A DNA stretch of 63,013 nt, counting the filler, from Globobulimina sp. (lineage: Eukaryota): assembly GCA_003354225.1 (NCBI GenBank). It is 25 parts of 25 records of this genome, joined end to end, with 100 filler letters (N's around TTAATTAATTAA, not from the genome) between each part and the next. Parts side by side here need not be neighbours in the genome. Positions count along the whole stretch, not along the records: positions 58,068 to 60,490 come from PIVH01006769.1; positions 60,591 to 63,013 come from PIVH01006770.1; 23 more parts are not named here. One strand, written 5' to 3'. Made by a program: the position numbers and the translations under genes. The notes beneath the pieces are model-generated. The model was not told where the DNA came from, did no database searches, and saw nothing but the letters and a program-made list of their open reading frames with translations. Positions 58,626-63,013 of the stretch are shown here, piece after piece (the stretch's first letter is position 1; each line of letters begins with the position of its first letter).

Positions 58626-60490
58626 TTATGTAGATTTAAATTTAATTCTAAAAACAGGAATTGCTGTATAATCCCTCCAAACTACATAAATCGAGGGATT
58701 ATCTGTATTATCAACCAACGTATCATATTCTGTTTGATCCGCTTTTAAAGGTACTTTTTTAATTGAACTTGAACCTCTCGTCGAATCACCAACAATTACT
58801 TTACATAATAAAATATATTTATATCCATCACTATGTTGATGACAATAACCCTTCACACTGTAACGCGCATCTCTTGCAAAATACGTACCATTTCCATACA
58901 TAGCCACTGCACTGTATGATCGATCAAATCCGTTTTGAATAATAACATTTATAATATCATAATACGAGCCATGCCATAAATATTTCTCGACCTCATCTCT
59001 TGTTCTCTTTAACTCCTTACATTTGTCCCATAAATTTAATTCATACAACCGATTCTGTCGTGAGATCACAACCTCTTCAATTTCAATGATTTGCGCATTT
59101 GCTTCACCCACAGTGGCATAAAATAATTGTTTAATTTCGTCATCAATCAATTTATTGTAAACATTTTGATAAAATTCTCCATCAGGAATTGCAAAGCCAG
59201 CACCGGGCGTATCATCGTCATTTATTGTTTTCCGAATGGTAAATCTCTTCATTTCTCGATCTCGCTGTGTCGAATTATTTGTTTGTTTGCCACTGTCGTC
59301 GCTTAATTTTGTTATGGTATATTTAAAGGAAGCTGTTGAAAATAAAAAAGTTTGACCAATTCTTTGTTTATTTAATTTATTTGAGATATCTGGGTTATAA
59401 ATATTGAAACTGCCATCATCGTCTTTCCATTTCCATTTATGTTCAATTCGGGTATTATTATTGATATCATTCATATTTTTTTTTAATTCTTCTAATTCTT
59501 TTTTTAATTGCAATACTTGTTTGTTTTCGTATTTTATTTTTTTAATGTTTTCTAGTTTCCAATTTCTTGTTTGTGCATTACGTTTTAATTCGAATTGTAC
59601 ATAGTTACCATGCCGGATATTATCATTATTTTTCAATGTATAAAGCACACGGATCCCTAAATTACGTTTGCCGCAATAACCAATGCTTAAATAGCATGCA
59701 TTTCTGTTATATCTATCAAAGATAGCTTTACTTTTAAATGTTTTTGTTCGTCTCGCGGTAACTAATGTATTATTAAACGAATACTCAAAGTCTTTACACT
59801 CTCCACCATCCGAATTAAATTTTTGCTCCAACTCTTTACATTGATGATAGGTAAATTCTTTCCAATTATCATCCTCTTTGTTATCGTCATCGCTTAATTT
59901 ATAAATATATCTAAAAGGAATTAGCCACAATTTAACATTTACAGCAATATTACCACGTAAATTATATTCGACAGAATCACCAATTCGCAAATAATTTGGA
60001 TTAAATCTACAAGCTCGAAAATCAAACCATACACCAATTTCTTTGCCATATTCTTTTGAATAATTGATTCGAACCTGACCTCTTTTACTCACCCCATCAA
60101 TCTTTAATATTTTCCCTCGAAATCGTATGATTCTTCGAATTCTTTCTTTTTTATCGGTCACAATTTCAGCATCGGTTACTTTACGATCCTTATTATGTTT
60201 TTCTTCATATTGTATGCTAATTTCACGCGATTCGGCTTTCCATTTAAAACTAATACCATCATATTTCTGCCATCGATAAAAAACCATTGGAATTCGAACA
60301 TTTGTGGCCTTGAATCGAGAAACTTGCATTGACTTTTCATCATCATCATCTTTTTTATATTTTTTATTTATCGTAACTTTATATTCTAAAATACAATTTT
60401 TATTCACTTTATTTGCATGGAATCCTTTACATTGGAAAAGGTCAAACGAAAGAAATTCATCCGCGGCAGAGACAGTTTGTTTTTTTATAA
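58626..60490 (-). CDS. PARP-family mono-ADP-ribosyltransferase with OB/cold-shock-like and WWE-like domains, 5'-partial
   Basis: LWHGS, IIQNGFDR, MYGNGTYFARDARYS, LCKVIVG, YDTLVDN..NPSIYVVW; WWE-like WKWKDDDGSFNIY and WKEFTYHQCKELE; OB-like FRGKIL...LRIGDSVEYNL...AVNVKL. Confidence 0.88.
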
Positions 60491-60590
60491 NNNNNNNNNN
60501 NNNNNNNNNNNNNNNNNNNNNNNNNNNNNNNNNNTTAATTAATTAANNNNNNNNNNNNNNNNNNNNNNNNNNNNNNNNNNNNNNNNNNNN

Positions 60591-60697
60591 ATATGGTGTC
60601 AATGTTTGAAGATACCAATTTGGCCGCAATCCACGCCAAACGCGTTACTATTATGGGAAAAGATATTGCTTTGGCAAAACGATTAAGAGGAAATTAA
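60591..60697 (+). CDS. H3: Histone H3 (divergent), C-terminal fragment
   Basis: Hand translation [34 protein letters not shown]. Confidence 0.95.
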
Positions 60698-60767
60698 ATT
60701 AAATTAAATATTTGTAAATCACATCTTGTTTATCTTTGTAAATATTCTTAATTTTTATTTTTTACCA

Positions 60768-60787
60768 GGTGTTTTTCAACACCACCA
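60768..60787 (+). promoter_or_regulatory. Histone mRNA 3' stem-loop
   Basis: GGTGTT-TTTC-AACACC-ACCA, 70 nt after the H3 stop; 6-bp stem, TTTC loop and ACCA flank. Confidence 0.85.
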
Positions 60788-61176
60788 AACTATATATTCC
60801 ATTTTCAATAAGTTCTTGACACTGTTTCTTGAGTTCACTAATTCGAGGGCTGGGCCATGCATTCGACGGTGATGTTTATTTTAGAGACTGGCCGTTCATG
60901 GTGATTTTACTAGCAATTACTACCGATTTTGATTAGTACTGTTTGAAAACGTCATTACTTAATGGTAATGTGTAAAATTGTGTATTTTTATTGGAATTCA
61001 AAATATTCAGTACATTTCCAAATTGTTAATTCAATATCTTTTGCCAATGTTCTCAATGTCGCCTACACAAGGCATGATGAATGAGATAATAAGCGCACGA
61101 ATAAGCACATTAAATACGGTTAAACATATAACATATTATATGTTATGAATAGTACCATCGAAAATATACACGCAAT

Positions 61177-61454
61177 CATTAGACTATGTCCAACTAAGTT
61201 TTTTTCGAGACCGTTACATTTAAAGTCTACTTATGTCTAAGAGGATTGCTTGCCAGCAGCGTGGATTAATAAAAAGCCCTCACCCCATTGCCTCTACTGT
61301 CTCTCCATATGGTTTATAATTCATTTGAAAAATAACCCTCCACATAAAAATTCACTAATGGTAAATATCACAAAAGTCACACAAATGGTCGCCTAGCTCA
61401 AGCAGAGCACTGGATTAATTCAGAAGATTCAGGTTCAAATCCTGAAGCGACAGC
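61177..61454 (+). repeat. Dispersed ~270-bp element, copy 2
   Basis: Highly similar to 52617-52885, with scattered substitutions and a short insertion before the tRNA-like part. Confidence 0.92.
61387..61452 (+). ncRNA. tRNA-like cloverleaf lacking a normal anticodon loop, copy 2
   Basis: GGTCGCC TA GCTC-AAGCA-GAGC A CTGGA-TTAA-TTCAG AAGAT TCAGG-TTCAAAT-CCTGA AGCGACA. Confidence 0.75.
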
Positions 61455-61758
61455 GATATCGATACAGATGAAATATTTGGGAAAAGAAAGAGAGAAATAT
61501 GGCAACCTGTATGTATTGAATATGAGAAATCATCATCATAAATTAAATAAATTTGTTTGTGTGCAACTCAGTGCAAGGAGAGATATCTGACTGTTAGGAA
61601 ATAGAACGTATAGATTCGTTTTTTTTTCGCAATACAAAAATAATAAAATTAACAAGCAACAAATCCAAAAACAAAGTATAGATAACGACGACCATGCACT
61701 AGGTCATCATCATCATAATTTCTCATTTTTTTCATGTTTTCTTATAATTCACATTTTC

Positions 61759-62523
61759 GACAACGGGTCAAAGTTACAAAAAAAAGACGCTTTATAGTCA
61801 AAAAGTCATTTCTACTTTAGAAAGTCATAAAGTCATAAAGTCATAAGTATTTGATAGTAGAGACTAGATATATCATAAAGTCATAAAGTCATTATCATAA
61901 ATCCATAAAGTCATAAAGTCATTATCATAAATCCATAAAGTCATAAAGTCATAATTCCAATCCATACAGTCAAAAAGTCATAAAGTGATAAAGTCAAAAA
62001 GTCATAAACTCCACTTTTGACTTTATGACTTTATGACTTTTTGACTTTATGACTTTAAGGAGGTAGTGTTATGGATTTATGACTTTTTGTCTTTATGGAT
62101 TTATCACTTTATGGCTCACTATACCTACCACCACACTCCACCACCTCCACTAGTATGCTACCACCACCCCACCCCACCACACTAGTATGCTACCACCACA
62201 CCACCACATCCCTGTCCTAAACTATCCTAGACTGCCCTAGACCGCCCTGCTATACTAACATAGATTACATGGATTTAAAGTCATAAAGTCAAAAAGTCAA
62301 AAAGTCATAAAGTCATATCATAAAGGCATAAAGTCATAAAGTCATAAAGTCAAAAAGTCAAAAAGTCATAACTCCTTATGACTTTTTGACTTTATGACTT
62401 TTTGACTTTTTGACTTTTTGACATTATGACTTTATGGGTTGGAATTATGACTTTATGACTTTCGAAAGTACAAATGACTTTTTGACTTTAAAAGCGTCTT
62501 TTTTTTGTAACTTCGACCCCCTC
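61759..62523. mobile_element. Non-autonomous foldback/MULE-like element with long TIRs, internal AAAGTCAT arrays and a 10-bp target-site duplication
   Basis: About 70-bp imperfect TIRs (GGGTCAAAGTTACAAAAAAAAGACGCTTT... and ...AAAGCGTCTTTTTTTTGTAACTTCGACCC); TCACATTTTC at 61749-61758 and 62524-62533. Confidence 0.85.
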
Positions 62524-62812
62524 TCACATTTTCCAATACAATTATTTTTTTATTCTGTTTACAGTGGCGAAAGCATGGCAAAGTTATCTCACCTCTGCCG
62601 TGCTTTGGTCGCGACATCGCATTATATAGATATTGGTGCCCTTCTTTTGCGTCGGCAAAGCATATATTATGCACAGAAGTGATTGCTTCGACCACTAATT
62701 TGCACAATTTCCGTCGAGCTTCCTTCTCTAAATCGATCAAATAATTTAAATTTCCAATGCTCGATATCGTATTTCGTTTGTTTTTTTTTGCAGGCGTTGC
62801 GGCACTTTCATG

Positions 62813-62894
62813 TCATCGCCGTAGGATTCGAACCTACATCCATTTTGTTTGCATTCCATTCAAACCAATGCTCTGCCAATTGAGCTAGGCGACC
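62813..62894 (-). pseudogene. Degenerate tRNA / SINE head related to the two tRNA-like modules (possible GAA anticodon, broken anticodon stem)
   Basis: GGTCGCC TA GCTC-AATTGGCA-GAGC A TTGGTTTGAATGGAATGCAAACAAAATGGAT GTAGG-TTCGAAT-CCTAC GGCGATG A. Confidence 0.7.
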
Positions 62895-63013
62895 TTCCAT
62901 ATGACTTCCGAATGCTTTTTACTTGATTTCAAAAAAAATAGATTCTTGAAAAAGTAAATCGGGAAGGGTCGATTTTAGATTGTCCCAAATATGATTTTTG
63001 ATTCGTCGTAGAG

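Noticed and set aside
2427-60590. Regularly spaced TTAATTAATTAA units as a biological repeat or array
   Set aside because: Each is embedded in N runs and they are identical all-frame stop linkers added during concatenation. ORFs ending in X...LIN are artefacts.
61800-62490. CRISPR array or telomeric repeat
   Set aside because: Units are 8-9 bp with no unique spacers, occur in both orientations and sit inside TIRs with a TSD. No cas genes are present.
1-63013. A gene cluster across the window (e.g. ART + PARP + sacsin + RING as a defence island; SUMF1 + Stealth + GH47 as a lysosomal cluster)
   Set aside because: The contigs are length-sorted and unlinked, so co-occurrence carries no information.

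Overview
This is not one genomic locus. It is 25 unlinked contigs of about 2.42 kb each, sorted by length and joined by 100-nt artificial spacers (N run, TTAATTAATTAA all-frame stop linker, N run), so adjacency across spacers carries no meaning. Almost all contigs come from an AT-rich, gene-dense microbial eukaryote with short GT-AG introns (48-74 nt). The gene repertoire (TRAF-zinc-finger/Kelch, R-S-E ADP-ribosyltransferase-like, Cys-rich surface proteins, many multi-TM proteins) resembles Rhizaria/Foraminifera, but that taxonomy is my inference. One contig switches abruptly into bacterial DNA. Recognisable genes include a HECT E3, an HMG-box protein, a P450, an NHE exchanger, a PI3/4-kinase, SUMF1/FGE, an RPEL protein, sacsin, Roadblock, enolase-phosphatase E1, a ferric reductase, GH47, an XK-related protein, an ICMT-like protein, an MFS transporter, a GST, a PARP and histone H3. 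The most interesting signals are: (1) a dispersed ~270-bp element ending in an anticodon-less tRNA-like cloverleaf with compensatory T-stem changes (two copies plus a related SINE-like copy); (2) a secreted Ser/Asp/Gly protein with ~18 DxN/DxDG-type repeats, a candidate biomineral matrix protein; (3) a Stealth phosphotransferase-GDPD fusion; (4) a double-foldback element with a 10-bp target-site duplication; (5) a histone 3' stem-loop; (6) a DUF5692-like gene in eukaryotic context.
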